From positions 1 through 64,000 of the forward strand of contig QPGO01000229.1 of NCBI GenBank assembly GCA_008632985.1: DNA of 64,000 bases, given 5' to 3'. Positions 1 to 10,763 of this stretch are shown piece by piece (positions within the stretch are counted from its first letter, which is position 1; every line of letters begins with the position of its first letter). The DNA comes from Psammoneis japonica. Lineage: Eukaryota. A program made the translations under genes and the position numbers. Under the pieces are notes generated by a model. The model was not told the origin of the DNA. It worked only from the letters and a program-made list of their open reading frames with translations, and ran no database searches.

Positions 1-769
1 ATGTCGACGTCATTTCTTCTACTCGCACCGTCCGTCCGCCACACCACACCAATTGTCGTCCGATGATACCGTACCGTTACACCCAAAATTCTACCCAAGT
101 AGTATTTTTCTACTGGAAAGTGGAATTCTCGTATGTAGAACTGTCAATACGGTGTTGGTATCTTCTAAAAAGATCTACCGTACATCCACTGTTTATTCCA
201 CTCAGGTAGAAGGCACAGTACCGGTAGAATTTTCGGAGCCAAAAATTCTACCCTGCGCGCCCCTTTCGCGCGATCTAAACCGTCTGTCCTTAGTGAGGTC
301 GGGTGCGACGGTATGAACAAAAAATACTGAAAGTTCTAGTACTCGTCTCAATGCGGCATCTCAACCATGAGCGTCGCCGAGTACAACCCAGCAAATGTGC
401 CAATGCCAACTTCATATATTTGGCATGGAAAGCAGCACTCACAGGTGTCCTGAGTAGAGCCTAAACATTCGTGCTACTTGTGGCGAAAACAGACGGATGA
501 CTTGCACCACTTAACTTTGACAAGCTCTAAAGCACCTATTTGAGATTGTTATTGTGAGTTCTATGTTTAAATGGTACTAAACAATTGCATTAGACAAAAG
601 AATTGTCAGCATCTCATCGCACTTCCGCCAGCTTGACAAGAAAACAAGCTGCTCCCCAGCGCTGAATGCACGACCAAGGTTGCAACCGTTGACATTTCTA
701 GATTGTTCCACATCCCCGGCTTGAGATGCATTTTTTAATAACTATTTGGTCCGTAATGACCTTGGTACT

Positions 770-1510
770 TTTGCTGCAATGGGTGCTGAGTGGACCTGTG
801 AGCGACGACGAGACCGGAGAAACAGTGAGGAGCAAACTCTGCCACACTTAAAAATCATCAAACGCCCAAAACATGAGATGTGTACAACAAACAAACATTA
901 CCATCACATTTTCGACACTATCATTAGCAAATTTTGTTGTTCTTACCTTTGCAGTCCGAAGCCGAGCTTGATTATGAATGCTACTGTGTCAGACGCGGCA
1001 GTCCTGTCAGTGTCCTCTCTGGGAGCAAAAGTCGCGAAACACCCAAGAGGTGAGGAGCAGCAAACAAATCCACTGCAAGTATCATTTTTTTTCATAGTCA
1101 TATTAGTCCATAGCGGTGTTCATGCCGTCGTTGCAATGGGTGCCGGGTAGACCTGTGAGCGACCACAAAACAATAGAAAAAGTGAGAGAAAAGCTGTGCC
1201 CCAGAAAAAAGCATCAAACGCCCAAAAGACGGGCTTTGTGATGAATACAAACACAGCCATAAGATTTTGAATAGTTCCTTTAGCGAGTATTGGAATCTCA
1301 CCTTTGTCCTTAAATTACCGAGTAGAAATATCGACGCTACTGTTACCGACGCGGTGGCGCCGCGTGTTTCCTCTCTTGCAGCAAAAGTCATCAAACACCC
1401 AAAAGGCAAGGGTAAGCAAAAAATCCAAAGCAAGCATCTTTTTTTTCATAGTCTCATTAGTCAATATTGGTGTTCATACCTTTGCTGTAATGGGTACCGA
1501 GTAGGACTAC
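770..1510. repeat. Degenerate tandem repeat, ~178 bp sub-units (~356 bp higher-order period)
   Basis: AAAA-(G)TCATCAAAC(G/A)CCCAAAA-like motif recurs near 851, 1027, 1205 and 1383. TTGC(TG)(C/T)AATGGGT(G/A)C(C/T)G(A/G)GT(A/G)G recurs near 771, 1130 and 1482. Confidence 0.6.
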
Positions 1511-1744
1511 GGGCGTTCAAAGGCCATGGTCAAGGTGACGGCACGGTGTTTTTCGGTGTTTTTGAGCGTCGCTCGCTTCGTCTTGGAGTTTTTTTCGGCT
1601 TCGCAACTCCTCGCGTGTGGTTTGCGTAGGTTGATTACTAGCACGTAGCTTCTATACTGATGGCTACGGCTTGGTCTTCTTCCCCGTAGGATGAGTACTA
1701 CTCTCTACAGGGTAGAACTGAGGGTAGATTTTTTTGGATGTATT

Positions 1745-1995
1745 TCATCGTGGGACCCCACAAATACGGAGGGACCCGCAACCCGGAAATGTGTAGAGTT
1801 CTACGTGAATGTATGGGGACTGTTCACGTAGGTTTTGTACCAGAGCTATCTCGCGAACTAGGCGTTTTTTCGGATTTTTGTCGTAGAAACTGTACCAGTT
1901 TTGCGTATGTAGGCTACATGTTTCAGTACCACATACAAAAATTCGCGTAGAGCTCTACAGGAGGGTCCCTCCGTATTTGTGGGGTCTCACGATGA
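1745..1995. mobile_element. MITE-like non-autonomous DNA element (33 bp TIRs, 4 bp TATT flanking duplication)
   Basis: TCATCGTGGGACCCCACAAATACGGAGGGACCC (1745-1777) is the reverse complement of 1963-1995 with one mismatch. TATT lies on both sides (1741-1744 and 1996-1999). No credible coding capacity. Confidence 0.75.
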
Positions 1996-2614
1996 TATTG
2001 GCCCGGTACGGTAGAACCGAGCAGACAGAGCACAGAGTAGCCCTCTACTCTAGCTAGCTACTAGAACTAGCTACTCTACTAGTCTAGACTCTAGTAGAGA
2101 GCCACCATTGTAGAGTAGATGGAGACTTTTAACTCCCGAATTTTCCACTTGGCAAACACTGTGATCTGCAAAGAGCCTGGTGTCAAAGTCCAGCACTGCC
2201 CTCAGGTCGGTGTCACGTCCGCGATGTTGAACATCTCAAAATCATGTCATCATTGGCGGCGCATCAAGTGGGGTGAACTCCATCAAATCTTGAACGTCGC
2301 AACTTGTTTTTTATCTCCAGCATTTTTCGCTGTGGAACAGCCGGAAGGAATAAACGGAACGGAACGGAAATGGGAAACTGCATCGTCCGTACGTCACTAC
2401 GATCGAAAGATCAGTTTTGGTTTTGATGCCATTTTGGATTTTGCCATTTATATTAGTCTAGTTTTTAGGACGTTCTGAGTTGCAAGTGTTGCGTCGTTGT
2501 GTAAGTTGCATTCACATTATCGAAAAAGAGACCGCCGGAGGAATTGATCGTATTAACATAGGCACGGTTGCTTCGTTGTAGAGTCAAGAGAAGAATCGAA
2601 ACGATACAGAAAAA

Positions 2615-3162
2615 ATGGACAATCTCGCACCAGCGCAACTCGACCCGAGCGAAATCCCGGAAGGATTTACCGCGGCTTCAGCGGGAGGCGATAATGAAAA
2701 GCAGGCCGAGACACAGAGCCGTGAAGCACAAAAGCAAGCCATCTTGGAACAAGCTCTTACACCGGAGGCTCTTGAAAGGCTAAGACGAATCAAGGTGAGT
2801 CTGGTGGCTATTGCAAAACAAGTATCTGTGTCGCATCGCGTGTTGTGTATGTAATGTGATGCTTGTCAGCATATTCAATATTTTTGTAAGTCACCTCACG
2901 AAGCGACGTATTGTTTGTGATTTCCCTCTTGTCTTTTGCTAAGCTCGTGAAAGTCGACAAAGCAAACAAAATCGAATCCATGATTGTAGCAATGGCCATG
3001 CAGGGAAAGCTACCAGGGAGAATCAACGAGGGAAAATTAATTGAAATGTTGGAGGGATTGGGAGCCCAGCAGGGTGCAACTGGTGAAAACAAAATATCGA
3101 TTCAACGAAAGAAATACGCATTCGATTCCGACGACGATGATGATGACGACGATTTGCTGTAA
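2615..3162 (+). CDS. PDCD5: Programmed cell death 5 / dsDNA-binding domain protein (2 exons: 2615-2794, 2944-3162)
   Basis: QAILEQALTPEALERLRRIK|LVKVDKANKIESMIVAMAMQGKL...INEGKLIEML...KISIQRKK plus an acidic tail. GT-AG intron at 2795-2943. Confidence 0.9.
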
Positions 3163-3382
3163 GCTGCCGGAAACAACTCGCTTTCTGCAACCGCGCAGCG
3201 GAAGAATGAGGCTTTTGTCTAGCACGAGTGTGTTATCAAATATGCATTGGAAAAAGTATTCAAATTTTCGTTTGTTCCTTCATCTCTTTTTCTGCAATGA
3301 TGGCATTAATATCTTAGCTTCTTTAGGTTGTTTTCGGGACGCACTCCGGCTTGCACTTTGTATGCCTGCTTGGTCATTACAG

Positions 3383-4063
3383 TTACACCGCTGCATTGGC
3401 GCTCACCGGTTCGACGCGAAGTTGACCTACGGGAATTTCCTCGTAGATATCAACAGTTGCTCCGCCAAATGGATCTGCTTTGACAGTCTCCATTTCCCGT
3501 ACATTCAGAGTTGCTCCCTTCAATGACACTTCTCCGCTGTCCTTGTCACGAACATGAGTTATTTGAGCGAACAGTTTAAGCGGCTTTACGGAATCGTTAT
3601 CTTCCCCAGGAAGTGCAACACTGCCGGTTTCCAGCTGGAGTAGCATATATGGGTAGAGAGGTTCCTGGAATAGCCCCCAAATCCACAGCCCGTCCTTGCG
3701 GTCTTCTGGATCTTCTGACAGTTTCCAAAACCCGTTTGTGATTGTCAGCGTTTTTGAAGCGCCACTTTCGCCAGTTTGATCAGCAGCCACCTGACGCACA
3801 TTGCCTTGTGGTGGTTCGTAACCTTCGTCTTCCAAAAACTGGGCTTCCACAACAAAGAGCTGGTCGACCTTTTTACCGAGTTCTGTTGGGATACCATTCA
3901 ACGAAAAGGAGAGTTTCCAGGTAGTCTCGTCCGTCAGCGTAGCCTTGGCCGATAAAGGTGTTGTCGAGAAGGCTCTAGACTGCGTGGGAACTTGCGGAGT
4001 GGTAAACCCATATACTGAGCTTGCTGTCGACAGCACCAACAGAATGACGAGAAACGATAGCAT
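3383..4063 (-). CDS. Conserved hypothetical protein, probably plastid-targeted
   Basis: Signal peptide MLSFLVILLVLSTASSVYG followed by FTTP and a Ser/Thr-rich transit-like stretch. Intact ORF containing EDEGYEPPQG and WKLSEDPEDRKDGLWIWGLF. Confidence 0.7.
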   Translation of the reverse strand: MLSFLVILLVLSTASSVYGFTTPQVPTQSRAFSTTPLSAKATLTDETTWKLSFSLNGIPTELGKKVDQLFVVEAQFLEDEGYEPPQGNVRQVAADQTGESGASKTLTITNGFWKLSEDPEDRKDGLWIWGLFQEPLYPYMLLQLETGSVALPGEDNDSVKPLKLFAQITHVRDKDSGEVSLKGATLNVREMETVKADPFGGATVDIYEEIPVGQLRVEPVSANAAV

Positions 4064-4555
4064 TTGTCTAAAAAGTTCGAGATGCTTTTTCAGACCAGTT
4101 GAACACCAAACAAAACACCGCGTTTCCAAAGCAACCGCTAACGTTTCTGCCAACAGCTGTCGCCGGTTTCCAGTGCTCGCCAATGAGATGTAGGAAATGA
4201 AAGTCCTTATTCTGTAGTTGAACGAATGCGGCAACATAAGAGGTGAGCTGACGAGCGAGCGCGAGTTCAGAGTGATGAAAAGTTGTGAGTCAGTCGCGGG
4301 AGAGATGGATGAAGATAACCCGGAAGGTACGTTACTTTGTCCCCAAGTTGCGTAGAACTTGGTACGTTTCTACCTGGGTCGTGGGTTTTGGTCGCGTGAG
4401 TTCGATGATGGCGGGGCGGGAGTGATGAGTGATGTTGATGTCAAAAAGCAAAACGCGAAGAGGCAGAACAACACACATGTCAAAACGTGAACATGACAAG
4501 GCAGAATACTCAACTGCTGTCAGCGCTCACGAGTATGTAGGACTGTCAACTTTCT

Positions 4556-6930
4556 ATGATGAGCACGAATAATATTGAAAAACCAGGTGATCCTCGATTG
4601 GGCAGCTTGCTGCATGAGGGGCTGAACGGTGACATTGTTTTTGTACTCTGGCCGTGTGATGAGGTATGCTAGAACGTTGCTCCGTTTGATGCGACTTGGT
4701 CTACCGTGCATAGATCCTAATCATTCATTGTGAATTGCGATGTATTTTATTTACAGGGTGTCAAGCGAAACGGGGGACGACTTGGTGCGGCAGGAGCGCC
4801 TGCGAGGTTTCTACAGTTTCTTAAAAGCATGGGAACTATCCATAATCCGGAGTATGACATCGATTTGTCATCCATTGAATTGTCGTATTATTTTGTCAAC
4901 CTAAAAGATCTGGATTTTGACAAGGACAAAGGTGCATTGGACAAAGCGCACGATCGTCTAACGGAGATAGTATCCAAAGTGCTCGATTCGGGAGGAGTTC
5001 CCTTTTGTATCGGTGGAGGCAACGACCAATCATTTGCAAACTGGAGAGCCTTGAGGCAGTCAGTGGCAAAAGGCTCCCGAATAGGAGTTGTGAACGTCGA
5101 CGCTCACTTGGATGTTCGGCCACTTGCCAATGGACAGCCTCATTCGGGTACGCCGTTTCGGCAAATTCTGGACTACGACGCCGCAGCCAGAGACGGGACA
5201 ACAGTCTTGTGTGAATTCGCAGCTCAAGGCAGTCAGTGTAGCAAGGCCCATGCGAACTATGTAACTTGCAGGGGAGGCTCGATAATGTGGTTGAGTCAAG
5301 TACGAACCGTCGCCATGTCCCACTTTAAAGATGTTTTGGCACGCCATCATGCCTCTGGCATAGACCATGAGTTCGTGTCATTCGACTTGGACGCGATCAA
5401 AGCTTCTGACTGCCCCGGTGTCTCGTGCCCATCCAACACCGGTCTCACGGCAGAGGACGCAATAGGAATCATGAGAATGGCGGGGGAGGCAAGGCATGTA
5501 AAACTTGTGGACATGTCGGAAATGAATCCAAAGATTGAGGACTACATTACCCCTCGCCTTGCCGTGCAAATGGCGTATTCTTTTATTCTTGGCTACACGA
5601 AGCGCGACCGCGAATCAGTTCCTTTGAAAGACCGACACTTGAGCATTCCGCATCGTCGGGCTTTTCGCCTTCGTATTTCCCACCTGAGTCAGTTAGTTTG
5701 CGTCGAAGATGTTCAGAAACAGGGTTTCCGAACGGGCGAGCATATGAGGATACTCAACATTGTCGAGGATGGCACGATTCTTGTGGATCGGAATGGCCGC
5801 ATTGCTTATGCTGGTCCAGCCGAGGATGCTCCTGATGTTGACAAGGACGAAGTCGAACAGGAAATTGATGGAGAAGGCAAATCAGCCATACCTGGACTCT
5901 GTGATGGACATACACATTCCTGTTGGGCTGGTGATAGAGTGAATGAATTTTCGATGAAGCTAGCGGGCGCCACTTACATGGATATTCACAAGAAAGGCGG
6001 GGGCATAGGCTTCACTGTCAAACACACCCAACAAACTGACGAAGCGAGCTTGTACACAAGTCTGATAGAGCGACTAGATGACATGAATAAGACTGGTACG
6101 ACACTTGTGGAATGCAAAAGCGGTTACGGGCTCGATGTTACGACTGAGCTAAAAATGCTGCGAGTAATTGATAAGGCTCATCACAATCTGGGGCACGTAG
6201 ACGTTGTTGGGAATTTCTGTGGTGCGCACTCGATTCTACAAGGAATGACGGAGGAAGAAGCCTTGGATTGCGTAATAAACAAAATGATCCCGGCTTTGAC
6301 TGAGGAGAAGAAACATGGTAGAATGGCCTCGACAAGGCTAATTGACGTGTTTGCAGAAGATGGGGTATTTAGCAACTCGTCGACAAAAGCTATTCTCGAA
6401 GCTGGAGCACGAATTGGATTGCTCGGCAATTTTCACGGTGATGAACTCACGTATCAAGCATGCGGCGAACTGGCTGGAAAATGAGGTGCCGCGCAGTGAG
6501 CCACCTAGAGCATGTCAGCGATGAAGGAATTTCAGCAATGGCAGAAAGCCATACGGCAGCTATACTTCTACCCACTACGGCCTATGTGCTAAGGATGAAG
6601 CCACCCCCTGCCCGTAAACTTATCGACAACGGGGTTCCCGTTGCTCTCGGCTCAGACTTCAATCCAAACGCCCACTGCTCATCCATGGCTCACGTGATGA
6701 ATCTTGCATGCGTCACGATGCATTTGTGTGTTGAAGAAGCCCTTGTTGCCAGCACGCTTAACGCAGCATACTCAATGGGCATGCAAGAGAGTCACGGCAG
6801 TTTGGAAGTCGGCAAGCACGGCGACATTGTACTTGTAAATGCTCGACGATGGGAGCACATCATTTATCAATTCGGTGGCATCCCGCCTTTGTTCGCCGTG
6901 ATCAAAGACGGAATCGTAAGACGTTTGTAA
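4556..6930 (+). CDS. hutG-hutI: Fusion of formimidoylglutamase (HutG, arginase family) and imidazolonepropionase (HutI)
   Basis: Exon 1 at 4556-4663 (GDPRLG...WPCDE), GT-AG intron 4664-4756, then GVKRNGGRLGAAGAP, GGGNDQS, NVDAHLDVR, SGTPFRQ, SFDLDAI...PGVSCP (HutG). In the same frame follow PGLCDGHTH, GDRVNEF, GATYMDIHKKGGGI, GTTLVECKSGYG, DVFAE, HGDEL, and after a 1 nt A-run frameshift near 6480, SHLE, ALGSDFNP, GSLEVGK (HutI). Confidence 0.9.
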
Positions 6931-6969
6931 ATCCGTGTTATGCTGAGAGTTCTAGTTTACTTTGTGAGA

Positions 6970-9900
6970 TTAAAGGTGCTTCATTGGGATGTTAATGCTG
7001 TGCTTTCTCGCCGTTTCTTCTGCTTCTTCGTACCCAGCATCGACGTGGCGCATGACACCGGTAGCAGGGTCGCCTTGCAAGACTCGTCTCAAGCGCAACT
7101 CTGCTTCTTGTGTCCCATCAGCGACAATAACTTGTCCAGCATGAATAGATTTGCCAATGCCGACCCCACCTCCATGATGTATTGAAACCCAAGTTGCACC
7201 ATTCACCGAATTTATCATGGCATTGAGCAGCGGCCAGTCAGCAATAGCGTCGGAACCGTCCTTCATACTTTCAGTTTCTCTGTTTGGCGAAGCGACAGAG
7301 CCGCAATCAAGGTGATCTCTCCCTATCACGATCGGTGCTGAGATTTTACCTTGGGCTACAAGTTGGTTGATGCGTACTCCAAACGCTTCTCGTTCGCCCA
7401 TACCAAGCCAACAGATTCGACAAGGAAGCCCTTGGAATTGAACTTTTTCTTGAGCTTGATCAATCCAACGTCGAAGAGGTTCGTCATTAGGAAATAGCTC
7501 CTTCACAGCCTCGTCAGTCACCGCAATATCCCTTGGATCTCCTGATAAAGCAACCCACCGAAAGGGCCCACGACCACGACAGAACTGAGGACGAATGAAG
7601 AGGGGTACAAATCCTTGAAACGAGAAAGCTTTTTCATAGCCACCTGCTTTCGCCTGACCACGAATATTGTTTCCATAGTCAAATACTACGGATCCCTTTT
7701 CTTTGAAGCCGACCATTGATCTAACTTGCTCCACCATTGACATGATCGACCGCTTTTTGTAGTCCTCGGGGTCGGACTTTCGAAGTCGAAGTGCCTCTGG
7801 GTAGCGCATTCCATTTGGCACGTATCCGTTTAGTTCGTCGTGGGCAGAGGTTTGATCAGTCTAAACAGTTGCCACACGAGGACAGAGTTGAGGGCAATCG
7901 TTCCGCAGTAATGCATGAGAATCCTCAAAGGATGGGACTTACCACCACGTCGGGGATGATACCTCTTGCAAGTAGCGCGGGGAACACGTCTGCGGCGTTG
8001 GCGACAACCCCGACAGACAAAGGAGTGTTGTTTGCCACTGCCTCTTGACACCACGAAATTGCTTCGTCTAGAGTCTCAGTGAGGCGATCCAAATACCGCG
8101 TCCTGATTCTGCGCTGGGCTCGATCCTTGTCTACTTCGACGCAGAGAGCCACGCCGCCGTTCATAGTGATAGCAAGTGGCTGAGCACCTATGGAATGAAT
8201 GAATACGAAAATGTTGAGATCTGCCCGTGAAGAAAAAATGACGACACACAAAACAATTTGTAAGTTAGTCTACGAACCTCCCATTCCCCCGAGCCCTCCT
8301 GTGAGTACCAGCCTACCAGCGAGAGTTCCATCGTAATGCTGCCTGGCTAATTCTGCAAGAGTCTCAAAGGTCCCCTGAAGAATTCCTTGGCTTCCGATAT
8401 AAATCCATGAACCAGCAGTCATTTGGCCATACATGATTAACCCTTTCGCTTCGAGTTCGCGGAAGTAATCCCAGGTCGCCCACGATGGGACAAGGTTGGA
8501 GTTTGCTATTAGGACTCGTGGAGCATCACGGTGGCTTCGAACGACACCCACCGGCTTTCCAGACTGTACCAATAAAGTTTCATCATCCTCGAGCTCCGTT
8601 AGCACCTTTAGGATCGCGGTCAACGCTTCGTGGTTCCGTGCAGCCTTGCCGGTGCCTCCATACACAACAAGGTGGTCAGGGTCCTCTGCCACATCTGGGT
8701 CCAGGTTGTTCAAAAGCATGCGATACGCAGCCTCTTGTTGCCATCCTTTGCAGTGCATTGTCTTTTTGGGAGCCACCGTCCCGCCATTTATCTCGCTCTG
8801 ACTTGCGGCATTAAGAGCGCATTGTACCGTCTTGGAGAGAATCCCGCTTCGCACTAGACGAGCCGCGGCCGCCATGTGCGGTGCCATCTCCACATCTTCT
8901 GGAAGAAACGGAATGTTTGAGCGAACGAGATCATGTGCTGCGGATGTACCTCTCCCCATTTTGGCGTTACTACCAAGCTCTCGACGCCGATACTCGACAC
9001 CTTGTGCTGCAGCCAACAATTCGATTCCCAGAATATTCTCAAGGTTTCGGAGGATACGTCTAGCTTGTCGAACCGAGATGGGACCATTGGACACGTGATC
9101 TTCCACGTTTGCTGAAGTGGGGAGGCTGTCGGCACTAGCAGGGAAACAAAGTGCCTTGTTTTCACTGGCCAGCGCTGCCGAAGTGTACTGTGTAAGCATA
9201 AACCCCGAATTCAAGCCACCCTTTTCTGTCAGAAATGGAGGTAGAATACCATTATTGCTCGCCGGATCGGTAAGGCGATTCAGTCTCCGTTCCGAGATGT
9301 TTCCTATTTCAGTCATTGCGAGCGAGAGATCATCAAAGGTGAGTGCTAGGGGTTCCCCATGAAAGTTCCCACCGCTCTTGGCAACAGCGGATCCATCGTC
9401 TTGGAAAAAGATGAGCGGGTTGTCCGTAACACTGTTCAATTCAATGCTCAAAATCCGTCTCGCATTTTGAAAGGCGTCAGCACAAGCTCCGTGCACCTGC
9501 GGCATGCATCGAAGCGAGTACGCGTCCTGAGGATCTTCTCCGAGATCGGAACGAACAAACGTGGATCCTTCCAATAGCGCTCGCAGCTCCCTTGCCGTTT
9601 CAATCTGACTCGGGTGCGGACGAACCTTTTGAATGTCGGGATCAAGGGCTGCCGCGGTTCCGTATAACGCCTCCAACGACAACGCACCGGTAATGTTGGC
9701 CACGTGCGCACAATTCTCGGCTTCCACAATCGCTAAGCACCCCAACGCTGCCATCATGGCTGTACCGTTTGTCAATGCCAAACCTTCTTTTGCTTCCAAC
9801 TCAACTGGTTTTAATTCTACTTTTGCCAATGCCTCGGCGCCAGCAAGGACTTTTCCGTCAACCACAGCTTTTCCTTCACCAATCATGACCAGCGACATGT

Positions 9901-10360
9901 GAGCCAACGGAGCAAGGTCGCCACTCGCACCCAATGATCCTTGTCGGGCACAATGGGATGAACCTCCGTTCAATCATGTTAGCAATAGTTCAAGAGTTGT
10001 CAGTCGTATACCAGAATACCCCGAAGCCAACGTGTTTGCCCGAATGAGCATCATGGCACGAACGGCGTCGGCTTCGAGAGGCTTGCCAACTCCGGCAGCA
10101 TGAGATCGAACAATGTTGCGTTGCAATTCTTTCAAATCAGCCTTTTCGATCAAGGTCTTTCGGAATGCTCCAAATCCTGTAGTGACACCATAGACCGTCT
10201 TGTTTTCGTTTACCATTTCTTGTACGGCCTCTGCACTCTTGTTGACCGCCTCAATCGCATCTCTTGACAGTCGCAACTTTACCGTCTCTTGTTCTGCTTT
10301 TGCAATCGCCACCACATTTTCAATTGTCAGTTGATGTCCATCAATCGTTAGTTCAAACAT
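6970..10360 (-). CDS. hutH-hutU: Fusion of histidine ammonia-lyase (HutH) and urocanate hydratase (HutU)
   Basis: HAL motifs [36 protein letters not shown] (MIO Ala-Ser-Gly), [31 protein letters not shown] and EDHVS run in frame into urocanase motifs [103 protein letters not shown] and HHGGGVGIG. Introns at 8188-8277 and 7861-7942; small indels near 9945-9980. Confidence 0.92.
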
Positions 10361-10763
10361 GTTCTATAGTTTGATCGGAAGAAATAATGGGACTTGGTAT
10401 GATGATGGCGGTGTCAGAATTTTTTTGTCAGGTCGCGACCGAAAAAAAATGAGAAGCGGATGCTCACGGATGACGGACAGAACAGATAGTTTCGGTGGTG
10501 TTTCATTTTTACTGATTAAACGTTTCAGATTCCGGATTCCGATGAAAGCTAGATGCAATGACGTGTTGAGTACTACAGAAAACGTAGGATCTACATACGA
10601 GTTTCGCTGGTACTGATACCACGTAGCATCCGCCCAGTTTTGGCCTCTTTCCAGCGCCTTCGACAAAGACAGAGCGTTTCACGACAGTGCCGTTCTTGTT
10701 TCTTGTTGGGGCAAGTGTTTTGATTTGTGAGCGAGCCAACGACACCCGAGATTGATATCCATC

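Noticed and set aside
2030..2120. CTAG/CTAC-rich low-complexity tract
   Set aside because: No clear unit or function; similar short tracts occur in other intergenic regions.
53..2478. Short ORFs in the first 2.5 kb
   Set aside because: No recognisable motifs, and they overlap repeat DNA.
6470..6490. Programmed ribosomal frameshift in hutI
   Set aside because: One missing A in an A-run restores GELAGKMRC, and similar indels occur throughout the window.
4556..10360. Bacterial contamination
   Set aside because: Three GT-AG introns restore conserved motifs, and the genes are contiguous with eukaryotic genes.
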